A stretch of DNA of 64,000 bases, taken from assembly GCA_049964835.1 (NCBI GenBank), contig JBMFWW010000002.1, positions 16,701 through 80,700 of the forward strand. The letters run 5' to 3'. The translations under genes were made by a program, and so were the position numbers. Source of the DNA: Candidatus Micrarchaeia archaeon. Its GTDB lineage: Archaea; Micrarchaeota; Micrarchaeia; Micrarchaeales; CABMGC01. The notes under the pieces are model-generated. The model was not told the DNA's origin. It searched no databases and was given only the letters and a program-made list of their open reading frames with translations. This document shows, piece by piece, positions 1-9,394 of the stretch (positions are counted from its first letter, which is position 1; the number at the start of each line of letters is the position of its first letter).

Positions 1-257
1 GCGTCGCGCAGTATTACATATATTAGCCACCACACATCAGCAGCAACTCTCAATGTGAATTTTTTAAGAACTCTTAAGAAATAACCTCTTGCGACTTGTA
101 CAGATAACGCAAGTATTGTAAGTAAGGTCAAAAGCACAGCAATTGTATTTTCGGTGTATATTGTAGCAGCATTTAAGTATGTAGTAGAGTTAGAAATCAT
201 GCTCAATTGTGTTGTCAATTGATTTGGAATTTGAAGCAAAACAGGCAAAAAATACAT
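1..257 (-). CDS. hypothetical membrane protein, partial (runs off the window start)
   Basis: This frame is absent from the ORF track because it is open-ended. A reverse-strand ATG at 257-255 opens a frame that stays open to position 1 (MYFLPVLLQIPNQLTTQLSMISNSTTYLNAATIYTENTIAVLLTLLTILALSVQVARGYF...). It contains one hydrophobic stretch. I recognise no family. Confidence 0.3.
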   Translation of the reverse strand, partial: MYFLPVLLQIPNQLTTQLSMISNSTTYLNAATIYTENTIAVLLTLLTILALSVQVARGYFLRVLKKFTLRVAADVWWLIYVILRD

Positions 258-355
258 AGTAATACCATTTTACATAAGTAGAATAAGTTTAAATACGTTT
301 CTTTAAAAATTTTCCTTTTTTGTGATTTTAGTTATTTTTTATTTTGTAATAAGTA

Positions 356-1189
356 TCATCTTGTTCCATGTAATTCAGAAATTAGTTTAGAGGTTGTATA
401 AACCTCATTTAGATTTATTATTGTAAAAATCTCATTTTCAGTATTTAAAAATTCAATATAACTAATAACACCTTCCAAAGAAGCATTTCCTATTTCTTCC
501 CCAAGTCCTTTTATGGATAGATGTGCACATTCAGCTCCTGCCTTTATTCCTGAAATTGTATTTTCTACTGCAAGTCCAAAATGATTGTGGCAACTTATGC
601 TTAATGGTAAATTAATTATTGTTTTTATTTCATAAATTATTTTATGTATATCTTCCGGTATCGCATAACTTGTTGTATCATCTATATTTATTCTATCTGC
701 TCCGGCTAACTCTGCAACTCTACAGAAAATTTTAAGAAAATCCATATCTGTTCTAGTGGCATCTTGCGCAGAAAACTCTACCTTCATCTTATGCATTTTA
801 GAAAAACTTATCAATTCGTTAATTTCTTTTAATGCATCTTTTTGTCTAATTCCAAAATTTTTTCTTAGGAAATAATCGGAGCTTGGAAAATATAAGTGTA
901 CATAATTAATACCCATATCTTCTAGAATCCTAATTTCATTTTTTCTTGGCCTTGCAATTGCGCAAACTTCAGCATCTAATCCATCAGTAGCTATTATTCT
1001 TACTGCTGTTTTCTCTGCATTTGAGCTTTTTGGAAAACCTGCTTCTATAACATCTACTCCTACCTTATCGATTCTCTTTGCTAATACTAATTTTTCATCC
1101 ACTCTCAAAGGATCTCTCGAATTCTTTTCTGCATCAATTAAAGTTGTATCAAATACTTTTAATTTTCTTACTTTACTTTCATTTTCCAT
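356..1189 (-). CDS. HMGL-like / DRE-TIM metallolyase domain protein (catalytic domain of isopropylmalate/homocitrate/citramalate synthase type only)
   Basis: The N-terminal KVFDTTLIDAEK aligns to the family motif DTTLRDGEQ. SCHNHFGLAVENTISGIKAGA matches the HxH metal-binding motif. At 277 aa the protein lacks any C-terminal regulatory domain. Confidence 0.7.
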   Translation of the reverse strand: MENESKVRKLKVFDTTLIDAEKNSRDPLRVDEKLVLAKRIDKVGVDVIEAGFPKSSNAEKTAVRIIATDGLDAEVCAIARPRKNEIRILEDMGINYVHLYFPSSDYFLRKNFGIRQKDALKEINELISFSKMHKMKVEFSAQDATRTDMDFLKIFCRVAELAGADRINIDDTTSYAIPEDIHKIIYEIKTIINLPLSISCHNHFGLAVENTISGIKAGAECAHLSIKGLGEEIGNASLEGVISYIEFLNTENEIFTIINLNEVYTTSKLISELHGTR

Positions 1190-1276
1190 ATCTATTCCAT
1201 AAAAATTAAATTTTTATTTTTGGTGTTACTAAATTTATTGCTATATATATTTCATTATTTTTACATATAAATAACT

Positions 1277-1777
1277 TTACAATTTAAAATTAGTATAATA
1301 AAGTATACCTGCTATTGAAGTACTATTTTTTATTTTGCCAGTTTTTATAAGTTTAATTGCATCTTTTATATCTACTTCAATTAACTTTATTGTTTCATCA
1401 AAATCTCTGTTTGTTTTTGTTTTTTTTAACTTATCAGCTAAAAAGTAATGCATTATTTCGTTTGAAAATCCTGGACTCGCATAAGCACTAAATAAATATT
1501 TTATTCTCATAGCTTTATATCCAGTCTCTTCCTCTAGTTCTCTTAATGCACCATTTTTAGGGCTTTCATTATGTCTCAATTTTCCTGCAGGTATCTCTAT
1601 TATTGTTTTTTTAATTATTTGCCTATACTGTTTTTCTAGAATTATTTTTTTATTTTTTAATACTGCTACTATGCAAACGGTTTCTGGAGTTTCTATATAT
1701 TTTCGTATATATTCTCTTCCATTATAGGCAAACTTTTTCTGAATGAGTTTTACCTCTTCTTCTCGCATAAACTTCAT
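1277..1777 (-). CDS. Nudix hydrolase (ADP-ribose pyrophosphatase-like)
   Basis: It carries a Nudix box, GKLRHNESPKNGALRELEEETGY (GX5EX7REUXEEXGU). Its start overlaps the upstream gene by 4 nt. Confidence 0.85.
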   Translation of the reverse strand: MKFMREEEVKLIQKKFAYNGREYIRKYIETPETVCIVAVLKNKKIILEKQYRQIIKKTIIEIPAGKLRHNESPKNGALRELEEETGYKAMRIKYLFSAYASPGFSNEIMHYFLADKLKKTKTNRDFDETIKLIEVDIKDAIKLIKTGKIKNSTSIAGILYYTNFKL

Positions 1778-2463
1778 TTATTCTCTTTCGTTTCTTCTTC
1801 CCCTTCCTTATATATCTCAGAAGAAAGCTTATATCTAGAAACGCTGTGCAAGATAACTCTACCTTTTCCAGTAAATGTTGCAAGGAAAAGTCCAACACCC
1901 CCAAACATAGCAGATTTTATGTTATCTACAAATCGTATTTTATACTGTAATGTACCATCAAATCCCGCAATATGACCTGGGTCTACCTCTATAGGCAATG
2001 TTCCATCTAAATCATACTCTATTATATCTCCTGTTACATGTATGAAAACGCTTCCTGGTCCTACAAATTTTTGAAGTATTAATCCTGTTCCTCCAAAGAA
2101 TGCAGCTCCCAAGCCGACGGTTTGTATTGTGAATTTAACTGAATCCTGTGCCGCTATAAAAGCGTACTTCTCAGCTACGAATTCTTCACCTTCTTCCAGA
2201 GATATCTCTTTAATCTTTCCGGGCATAACTCCGGATACTGATATACTTCCTGAGCCGTCAATCGATTTAAATTCAGTTAGCATAGCGGTAGCTCCAGTTA
2301 CCTTTCTTTCAATTGCTCCTATAACACCTCCAAAAAGCCTAGGTGTCATCTTTATATTTGAGCTTTTACTGAGCAACTTTCCAGAATCTGAGTAAATTAA
2401 TTCACCTTCATCTAGATTAATATTCAAAGCCTGCATAGAGTTTCCTATAATTTTATATTCCAT
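1774..2463 (-). CDS. AIM24 / TIGR00266 (DUF124) family protein
   Basis: The N-terminus MEYKIIGNSMQALNINLDEGELIYSDSGKLL and the Gly-rich beta-strand pattern (GGVIGAIERKVTG, FFGGTGLILQKFVGPG, MFGGVGLFLATFTGKG) are typical of the AIM24/TIGR00266 family. Confidence 0.7.
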   Translation of the reverse strand: MEYKIIGNSMQALNINLDEGELIYSDSGKLLSKSSNIKMTPRLFGGVIGAIERKVTGATAMLTEFKSIDGSGSISVSGVMPGKIKEISLEEGEEFVAEKYAFIAAQDSVKFTIQTVGLGAAFFGGTGLILQKFVGPGSVFIHVTGDIIEYDLDGTLPIEVDPGHIAGFDGTLQYKIRFVDNIKSAMFGGVGLFLATFTGKGRVILHSVSRYKLSSEIYKEGEEETKENK

Positions 2464-2506
2464 ATATACAATCCCAAATGTTATTTTTATATTATTTATT
2501 TTTATA

Positions 2507-4336
2507 TTATTTTATATAGGAGTTAATTTCTTCACCATCTATATTCAGCCTGTATTTTGTCATTATCTCTTTTAACAAAAGCTTCTTATCCGTTGTTTTG
2601 TAATTATTTATTAATTTTTCAAGTTCTTTACCCTGTATTCTTTCTAGTGACCTTTCTTTTATTATTTTGTCTACCTCAATAGGTTCTTTTGGCAACAAAG
2701 ATAAAATCTCACCTATAGCCGCTTTGGTTATTTTTTTATTAGCATAAAGTTCAAAGATTCTTGTTATTGAATCCTCATTAACTTTTTCTATATCTATACC
2801 ATTTCTTCTAAGTTCTTTTGTTTTTTCAAGCAAAATACTCGCTACAAGAAGTGGCTCTACTTCTACTTTTTTAATTATATTCCGATATAATTGTAGATCC
2901 TTTGACCAAAGCATTTGATCAGCAAGTTGTTTGTTTTTAATCTCTTCTATAAGTGTTTTCTTTGTTTTTTCAGTATCTACCTTTTCCGGTTTAAATTTTT
3001 CAGTTAATGTGTTTATATCTATTGGTAGTACATCAGTTTCAGGATACATTCTTGATTTACCTGGCATTGGCCTTAAAAATCGTGTGTTAAGTTTTTTGCT
3101 ATCAGCACCTCTAGTTTCGCTAGGCACTTCCTCCATAGCTATTCTTGCCCTTTCAAGTGCAAGCTTCATTCCGTATTTTGCTTTTTCTTCCTTCTCCGCT
3201 ATCAAAATAAATGCATCATCTTTTTCAACATATAATTTTTCTTTTAACATTCCTACTTCTTTGTCACTAATGTTATACTTTTCCATGTCTTCGTCACTAT
3301 GTATAATGCCCTTTATTCCAGAACTTTTTGCATAATCACTTATTTCGGTTCCTAACCTTAGATCATTGGCAAGTTCTATTCCAAGCATGTTGTTAAAGCC
3401 CTTAAGTTTTGCAGCTATAACAATTCCATTTTCTTTAAGTTGGTTTTTTATTAATGGGGAAGACGTATTTCTAAAGATCTCGGTTACAATTTCAGCATCT
3501 TCAACCTTCGCATTTTTCTCATTTAACGAATTTTTAATTTCTAAGAGTTTAAGTTGCCTTCCTATTTCTGCATCTATAATACTATCCATACTGTCTAAAT
3601 CTTGAAAGCCTTTTATTTCAATTCTTGCACCATTATTTATTGAGATATTGACATCCTGTCTTATCGAGCCTATTCCTCTTTGCGATGTTCCTGTTAATCT
3701 CAAAATTAATCCTATTTCCATCGATACTTTTTTAGCCTCTTCAGGCGTAGTTATAACTGGGTCTGTATCTATCTCTACTAAGGGTATACCTAGTCTATCT
3801 AGACTATACTCTACGTATTCCTCTGTGTTTTTTATTATGCCACCAGATTCCTCTTCAAGAAATATTGATGTTATCGGTATATTTTTTTCATTTACTTTAA
3901 TCGATCCTTCATATCCAATCATCATAGTTCTTTGGAATGCGCTTGGGTCGCTGCCATCTACAACTCCCTTTCTCATGACTATTATTTCATCAGGCATTTT
4001 ACAGTTGAAAGATGCGCATATGTTCATTCCTGATTTAATTGCATCTTCATTAGGTGCATGTGGAGGTTCTTCATCTATATCTACCATACATGTACTTTTA
4101 TCGAAGTGATCGTATAAAAAGAATCTATTTTTCCTGCTCTCAAATGTTGTTGCTTTATCTATTTTGCCTAACTCTCCCGCTACTGCTCTTTGTCTTCTTT
4201 CTATCCTTCCTGTATTTTTATCATCAAAAAAATTAGCAAAACATCTACAGAATAATTTATTTTTAGTCGATAATCTTTGGTGTATTTCAAGACCACATTT
4301 GAAACCTAATTTTTTATAATCATATTTTTCTTGCAT
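2507..4336 (-). CDS. gatE: Glu-tRNA(Gln) amidotransferase subunit E
   Basis: It has the GatB/GatE N-terminal motif GFKCGLEIHQRL. Its 609 aa length and its position directly downstream of gatD support the call. Confidence 0.9.
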   Translation of the reverse strand: MQEKYDYKKLGFKCGLEIHQRLSTKNKLFCRCFANFFDDKNTGRIERRQRAVAGELGKIDKATTFESRKNRFFLYDHFDKSTCMVDIDEEPPHAPNEDAIKSGMNICASFNCKMPDEIIVMRKGVVDGSDPSAFQRTMMIGYEGSIKVNEKNIPITSIFLEEESGGIIKNTEEYVEYSLDRLGIPLVEIDTDPVITTPEEAKKVSMEIGLILRLTGTSQRGIGSIRQDVNISINNGARIEIKGFQDLDSMDSIIDAEIGRQLKLLEIKNSLNEKNAKVEDAEIVTEIFRNTSSPLIKNQLKENGIVIAAKLKGFNNMLGIELANDLRLGTEISDYAKSSGIKGIIHSDEDMEKYNISDKEVGMLKEKLYVEKDDAFILIAEKEEKAKYGMKLALERARIAMEEVPSETRGADSKKLNTRFLRPMPGKSRMYPETDVLPIDINTLTEKFKPEKVDTEKTKKTLIEEIKNKQLADQMLWSKDLQLYRNIIKKVEVEPLLVASILLEKTKELRRNGIDIEKVNEDSITRIFELYANKKITKAAIGEILSLLPKEPIEVDKIIKERSLERIQGKELEKLINNYKTTDKKLLLKEIMTKYRLNIDGEEINSYIK

Positions 4337-4350
4337 TTTGTATCAACCAC

Positions 4351-5673
4351 TTATGATATGGTAGTCCTTTCTGTGATTTCCCCAACTAAGTTTTTAGCTA
4401 AAAGTTTTTCTGCATCTTTTTTGCTATAGTTTCCAAGTAAGAAACCTAATTTAACGTATGCAGTTTCAGCTAGCATATCTTCACAGTATATAGCTCCTGC
4501 CTCTTGTATTAATCTCCCATTTCTGTATACATTTCCGTTAACCCTACCATTTATGCATTGTGATGTCATACCTATTATCATTCCTGAAGAGACACCATCT
4601 TTTATTGCCTTTGTCCAGTTATACTCATTATGACTTGTAGAAACTGGGGCATGTCCCAATCCTGTACCTTGTAATATTAAACCTTTATAATTTTTTTTAC
4701 TATAATACTCTATAACTCCAGGGTCTGAGTTAGGATAACTTATTACCATAGCTATCTTACTTTCGTATCCTGTTTTTGCAACTACCTTTTCTTTATGGGC
4801 TTTAAATTCATTTTTATAATACTCTTCAACGTTGCCTTCATAATAAGCACGTGCAAGTATTCCTGTATTTATTGACTTAAACGCGTCTCTGCTTGAGGTA
4901 TGCATCTTTCTTGCCTTGCTTCCTAATATGAAATCGCAGTATTTATCAGAAGAGTTGCTATGCATGCATATGCCAACTTTGTTTATGTTGGTTTTTGAAG
5001 CTATTCGTGCAGAGCATATGAGATTCATGAATGCGTCGCTAGAACCTCTATCACTGCTTCGCTGTGCGCCAGTTAGTACAACTGGACTATTAAGATTTTG
5101 AAGCATGAAGCTTAGCGCTGCAGAAGTGTAGTGCATAGTGTCTGTACCGTGAGTTATGACTACCCCCTTAGCTCCTTCGTTTAATGCATCCGCAACATGT
5201 TTTGCCATAAGCTGCCATTCTTTATATGACATATCCTCGCTAGCTACGCTCATTAACTGTTCAACATTTATGTTTGCTATGTCACTAAGCTCTGGAACTT
5301 CATAAAGTAGCTCTTCAGGCTTAGTAAGCATGTAAACGCCTCCAGTAACATAATCGACTTTGCTACCTATAGTCCCACCAGTATATAGCAGAGTAATCTT
5401 TTCTAAATCTTTATTATTTTTAGATGTAGCTTTAGGAAAAGTAAAATTTTCTTGCGTTTTTGACTCTTTTTTATTTACTTCAATATCTTTTGAATATTTT
5501 ATACCTATATTATATCCATTATCAAGCTTAATTATAATTATACTGTCATCTCCAGTGTCCGGTCTTGGCATAAGTATTCCATTTAATTCATTGTTATTAT
5601 TCTTAATATGCAAAAGGTCTCCTACCTTTAGTTTCTTGTTTTTAAACAATGCTTCTAATTCCTCAGAATACAT
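4351..5673 (-). CDS. gatD: Glu-tRNA(Gln) amidotransferase subunit D (asparaginase-like)
   Basis: It has the asparaginase-type motifs YTGGTIGSKVDYVTGGV and THGTDTM. An N-terminal extension and adjacency to gatE fit GatD. Confidence 0.9.
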   Translation of the reverse strand: MYSEELEALFKNKKLKVGDLLHIKNNNNELNGILMPRPDTGDDSIIIIKLDNGYNIGIKYSKDIEVNKKESKTQENFTFPKATSKNNKDLEKITLLYTGGTIGSKVDYVTGGVYMLTKPEELLYEVPELSDIANINVEQLMSVASEDMSYKEWQLMAKHVADALNEGAKGVVITHGTDTMHYTSAALSFMLQNLNSPVVLTGAQRSSDRGSSDAFMNLICSARIASKTNINKVGICMHSNSSDKYCDFILGSKARKMHTSSRDAFKSINTGILARAYYEGNVEEYYKNEFKAHKEKVVAKTGYESKIAMVISYPNSDPGVIEYYSKKNYKGLILQGTGLGHAPVSTSHNEYNWTKAIKDGVSSGMIIGMTSQCINGRVNGNVYRNGRLIQEAGAIYCEDMLAETAYVKLGFLLGNYSKKDAEKLLAKNLVGEITERTTIS

Positions 5674-5844
5674 AAGTACTATTACTCCTTTCGTATTTAA
5701 ATTACTTTTGTGATACTTTAGTTACATTCTAATATACGTTGTAGTAGACTTGAATTTACACTATGTAGTGTTGATTTTATCTTGATTTTGATTAAATGCA
5801 AAATAAACGTATACGTATATTAATCTTAATAATAGAATAATATT

Positions 5845-6141
5845 GCAGCAGAAAGGCGGGAAGCTAGGGGTTTCCCATCCGCAAATCCCCTTTAGGCGGG
5901 CCGTATGCCGAGCAAGTGATAATAAACTCTGTTTGACCTACGTTAAAGCGTTGAAGTCATGCCTTCAGTGGTGGTCTTATATATAAACCGGGCCAGGCCG
6001 GAAGGAGCAACCCTAAGTATATGGCAATGCAGTGTAACTGCGCTGTATAAGCGTACAAAGGGCTATGCTCTGAAGATACAGGGCCGAGTAGAGACGTAGA
6101 TAATCTTACATAGTTTATTATTGCAGATCGGTTTCTGCTGC
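5845..6141 (+). ncRNA. signal recognition particle RNA (archaeal 7S RNA)
   Basis: This is a GC-rich island of about 297 nt. The termini pair (GCAGCAGAAA ... TTTCTGCTGC). The S-domain helix 8 motif GGGCCAGGCCGGAAGGAGCAACCC carries a GGAA tetraloop. Alu-domain-like GGCGGG/GGGGUUUCCC hairpins sit at the 5' end. Confidence 0.85.
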
Positions 6142-6206
6142 ATTATCTAATTACTTATAATTCTCCAAAACATAAGGTTATATATCTGAAATGATAATTT
6201 ATAAGC

Positions 6207-7136
6207 ATGACCTCTAAAAAATCATCTCTCAGAGTAGATTCTGAACAAAAATTAAGTAGCCAGCTACTTCCTAAAAGTTTTTATGATGAACACAAAAATA
6301 AAACCAATGAAGAATTAAATTTATCAATAAAGGCAATAGCAAGAATTTTCAAAAAAGACGATAAAGAAATAATTGCAGCTGTGACTTCTTTGCCGCAGTT
6401 CATCAACAGAAATCATTTAAAAATAATAACCTCTGTAGCTGAAATATACTCGTGTAAAGAAGAAGAAGCAAAAAAAATTATACTTTCACATCCACAATTT
6501 TCTGGTTACTATCATATTAATAAAGTGGAAAAAATTCAAAAATTATACGGAATTGATAAAAATGTATTAAGGAAAATTATTTTATCACTTCCACAATTTA
6601 TTGGTTATGATCATGAATCTGCACTTGCCAATATCTCTGAAATATATAATTTAAATCTTGAAGATGCAAAACGCTTAGTTTTGAAAAATCCGCAATTCTT
6701 AAAGAGAGATCACAAAAAGATTATAAAAAATATAACTGACGTTTATTCCTGTACAGATGAAGAAGCCAAAAAGGCAATTAAAAAATTTCCTCAGTTCGCA
6801 GGTTATAATCATGCAAAGAAAATACGAAGAATTAGTAGAGTAGCACGTTTAATAGGCATAGATGAAAAAGTTGTCAAAGAATTCATAATAAAAAATCCAG
6901 TACTCGCTAGTTATTCTGAAAAAAGGCATATTGCAGCATTAGATAGTTTAAATTTATTTAAACCAATTAAGACAAAGGATTTTGATCCTATAACGATAAT
7001 TAAAAGGTATTCATATCACATATCTAAGTCACCTTATGTTCCTAATACCAAACTTAGAGTGTCAAAGGCAAAGAAGAAGGGCCACGACATAGAACTAACT
7101 CCTTTTTTAAAAGAAATAAGAAAAATAACTGATTAA
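6207..7136 (+). CDS. tandem helical-repeat protein with about 33-aa PQF units (mTERF-like repeat architecture)
   Basis: Five to six consecutive units each begin with P-Q-F or P-V-L: PQFINRNHLKIITSVAEIYSCKEEEAKKIILSH / PQFSGYYHINKVEKIQKLYGIDKNVLRKIILSL / PQFIGYDHESALANISEIYNLNLEDAKRLVLKN / PQFLKRDHKKIIKNITDVYSCTDEEAKKAIKKF / PQFAGYNHAKKIRRISRVARLIGIDEKVVKEFIIKN / PVLASY. The family assignment is tentative. Confidence 0.5.
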   Translation: MTSKKSSLRVDSEQKLSSQLLPKSFYDEHKNKTNEELNLSIKAIARIFKKDDKEIIAAVTSLPQFINRNHLKIITSVAEIYSCKEEEAKKIILSHPQFSGYYHINKVEKIQKLYGIDKNVLRKIILSLPQFIGYDHESALANISEIYNLNLEDAKRLVLKNPQFLKRDHKKIIKNITDVYSCTDEEAKKAIKKFPQFAGYNHAKKIRRISRVARLIGIDEKVVKEFIIKNPVLASYSEKRHIAALDSLNLFKPIKTKDFDPITIIKRYSYHISKSPYVPNTKLRVSKAKKKGHDIELTPFLKEIRKITD

Positions 7137-7181
7137 TAATCCATTATCTTTAAATATGGTTGTGTGTAAATATTACATTGT

Positions 7182-7298
7182 GCCGGGGTCGCCTAGTGGT
7201 ACAAAATATTGTTGCAATTTATTTGCACTAAATGGCGGCAGCCTGCTAAGCTGTTCGGCTAGTAATGGCCCCTGCGAGTTCGATTCTCGCCCCCGGCG
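7182..7298 (+). tRNA. tRNA-Ser (anticodon GCU) with an intron of about 30 nt in the D-loop
   Basis: The acceptor stem is GCCGGGG/CCCCGGC with discriminator G. The T arm is GCGAG-TTCGATT-CTCGC. The anticodon arm is GCAGC-CTGCTAA-GCTGT, giving anticodon GCU. There is a long variable arm. At 117 nt it is about 30 nt too long, and the excess lies between GCCTAGTGGTA and GGC of the D arm. Confidence 0.85.
7202..7231 (+). other. putative tRNA-Ser intron at a non-canonical (D-loop) position; boundaries approximate (+/- 3 nt)
   Basis: The AT-rich insert CAAAATATTGTTGCAATTTATTTGCACTAAAT interrupts the D-loop. It contains an internal hairpin, TGCAA-tttat-TTGCA. Confidence 0.6.
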
Positions 7299-7299
7299 T

Positions 7300-8067
7300 T
7301 TATATTTCTAATTTCTGTATGGCGCTGCAAAACTTCCTAAATTCCTCTTTAGAAAAAGAATATACTGTTTTTTCAAGGAAATCAGAATCAAATTCTTTAA
7401 AAATAGATTGTGAAACTTCTTTTGCCTGCTTTCTTGTAAATGAGTGCTCTTCGCTTTTATAATTCCAAAGCGTATCTATCACAACATTCTTTACCTTTTT
7501 ACTTTCACTTTTAAATCCTTCAAAAATCATCTTTTTTAATATTGTATCTTGCTCTGAAGGCTTTATTCTAATTATATATGAAGACACTCTAGGTTTCGGA
7601 TCAAATGCATCCTTTGACACTTTGTCTAATACTTCAACATCAAAAAATGAATAAAATAATGCAGATATTAAGCCGAAATTCTTACTTTGCGGTTGCGTAG
7701 TAATTAATCCTTTGAACCTACTAGGAACGGTAAAAACTCCCAATTCAAAATTATATCTGTTTTCCTTAACTAATCTAATAAAAAATTGTTCTAATATTTG
7801 ATAAGGCGGATTGGATATTAATTTATTAAATTCCGGCAAATCAACATATAGTGCATCTCCGTGGATAATTTTTATATTGTCATTAGTAAATCTTCTATTC
7901 AATTCATTATAAAATTCAGGATCTTTTTCTATTACGTACACAAATTTAACCATTCCATAGAGACATCGAGTTAGGGCTCCGTCGCCCCCTCCTAATTCAA
8001 GTACTAAATCATCTTTATTTAGATTAGCATACTCCAATATTATATCTATAAATTTTTTATCTACCAT
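7300..8067 (-). CDS. rsmA: 16S rRNA adenine dimethyltransferase, KsgA/Dim1 (RsmA) family
   Basis: The SAM-binding motif is VLELGGGDGALT. The catalytic motif ISNPPYQI corresponds to NLPY. The C-terminal FDPKPRVSSYIIRIKP corresponds to F.P.PKVdSavv.l.p. Confidence 0.75.
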   Translation of the reverse strand: MVDKKFIDIILEYANLNKDDLVLELGGGDGALTRCLYGMVKFVYVIEKDPEFYNELNRRFTNDNIKIIHGDALYVDLPEFNKLISNPPYQILEQFFIRLVKENRYNFELGVFTVPSRFKGLITTQPQSKNFGLISALFYSFFDVEVLDKVSKDAFDPKPRVSSYIIRIKPSEQDTILKKMIFEGFKSESKKVKNVVIDTLWNYKSEEHSFTRKQAKEVSQSIFKEFDSDFLEKTVYSFSKEEFRKFCSAIQKLEI

Positions 8068-8200
8068 GAAGTGCTGGTCAGAACTCTTATCTTTTTTTGT
8101 AATATTATCACTTTCTTATCCTAGTAAAACACAAATATCTAAAAAATGATATATATATAATTAGGTTGTATTGTAATAAAATTAAAAACCAAACTTATAA

Positions 8201-9323
8201 ATTATATGCCAACAAAATAAAGAAGCACAGGAGCTTATTTACAGATGTCTTACAGTTCAAAATAATACACATGCTACAGAACTTGCTAAATTTTCATTAA
8301 AAACTACTAAGTACTCCTATAAATTTCAACATGCACTTCTAGATAATCCATATCTTTCTGAAGAAGCCGTTCTTGTGTTATTAAAAAGCAGAAGCACAGT
8401 GATAAAATCAATGGCACTTCAAAAGCTAAAGGTCTCAAAGACAGAATTAGTAGAAGCTGCAAGAAGTAATAATCCAGTAATAAAATCTTCTGCAATATCC
8501 AATCAAACAACACCGCAAACAGTAAGGACAACTGAGTTATTATCAAACGACCCTTTTAGTTTTTCAGTTACGTTAAGAAAAAACTCTAGAAGATCAAAAT
8601 AATGTGTTAATATGCAATCAATAAAAGATGTAATGATATTCATAGCACCTAAACCAGTAAAGATAAGTATGGCATTGAGGAGTGATATGAGTTTTAGGAC
8701 TCATGAACTTTTATCTTTGTCACGAGATGTTTTGGTCGTATCTGCATTATCACTTTCTACGCCTTATAAAGAAATACAGAATTTCATATTTGAGATCAAT
8801 AAATCTTCATTCGGTGTATATCGGGGAGCATCTCCAATTATGATAAGTCTTTCAAACAATCCTAATCTTTCTGAAACTTTAAAAGTAAAATTACTTAAGA
8901 TACCAGAAAAGTTAGATGAATCTCTATTGCATTTCTTGGTAAAAACCGAGTTTGATTTGATGAATTATATACTAACTCAAAATTTACAATCGCATCCTTC
9001 TTATTCTGGGGCCTAGGCTTTACCTCTATAATTGCCGCCTCAAAGGGCATTAGTCCATCATTACATCAAGCTATAATAAATATGGCATTAGAGTTCTCAA
9101 AGAAAAAAATACCCATACATATAAACATAACAATAACGTCACAAACGATGAACCTAACATGTCATATTCTAAAGAAAATATAAAGCACTCTTATTCAGCA
9201 AGAAATTTGATTCGCCTGATTGAAGCTCTAAGATCAAATCCTGAATTAAATCCATACACAAAAGAGCGACTTGCAGTATTAACCGAGCGTGTGAATTCTC
9301 TATTAGAAAATACCCAACTATAA
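8201..9323 (+). pseudogene. decayed gene for an NP-x-(L/T) helical repeat (leucine-rich-variant/HEAT-like) protein
   Basis: A frame open from 8201 has no ATG/GTG/TTG before 8375. An in-frame TAA at 8600-8602 separates two same-frame ORFs (8375-8602 and 8612-9016). Two more fragments follow in other frames, 9016-9183 and 9159-9323. Recurrent motifs are DNPYLSEEAVLVLL, SNNPVIKSSAISNQTTPQTV, SNNPNLSETLKVKLL and SNPELNPYTKERLAVL. Confidence 0.45.
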
Positions 9324-9394
9324 TTATTTTTTTAAAGAAAAATTGTTTTTCAGGAAAGTTCTAATAATATAAATGTTAATATATTATTGATAAA

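Noticed and set aside
2129-4236. Plus-strand ORFs (2129-2395, 2931-3335, 3366-3605, 3648-4109, 4054-4236), with similar antisense ORFs throughout the window.
   Set aside because: They are antisense to well-supported genes (AIM24-like, gatE and others). Their translations are Ser/Phe/Ile/Leu-rich low complexity, as expected from the antisense strand of AT-rich coding sequence.
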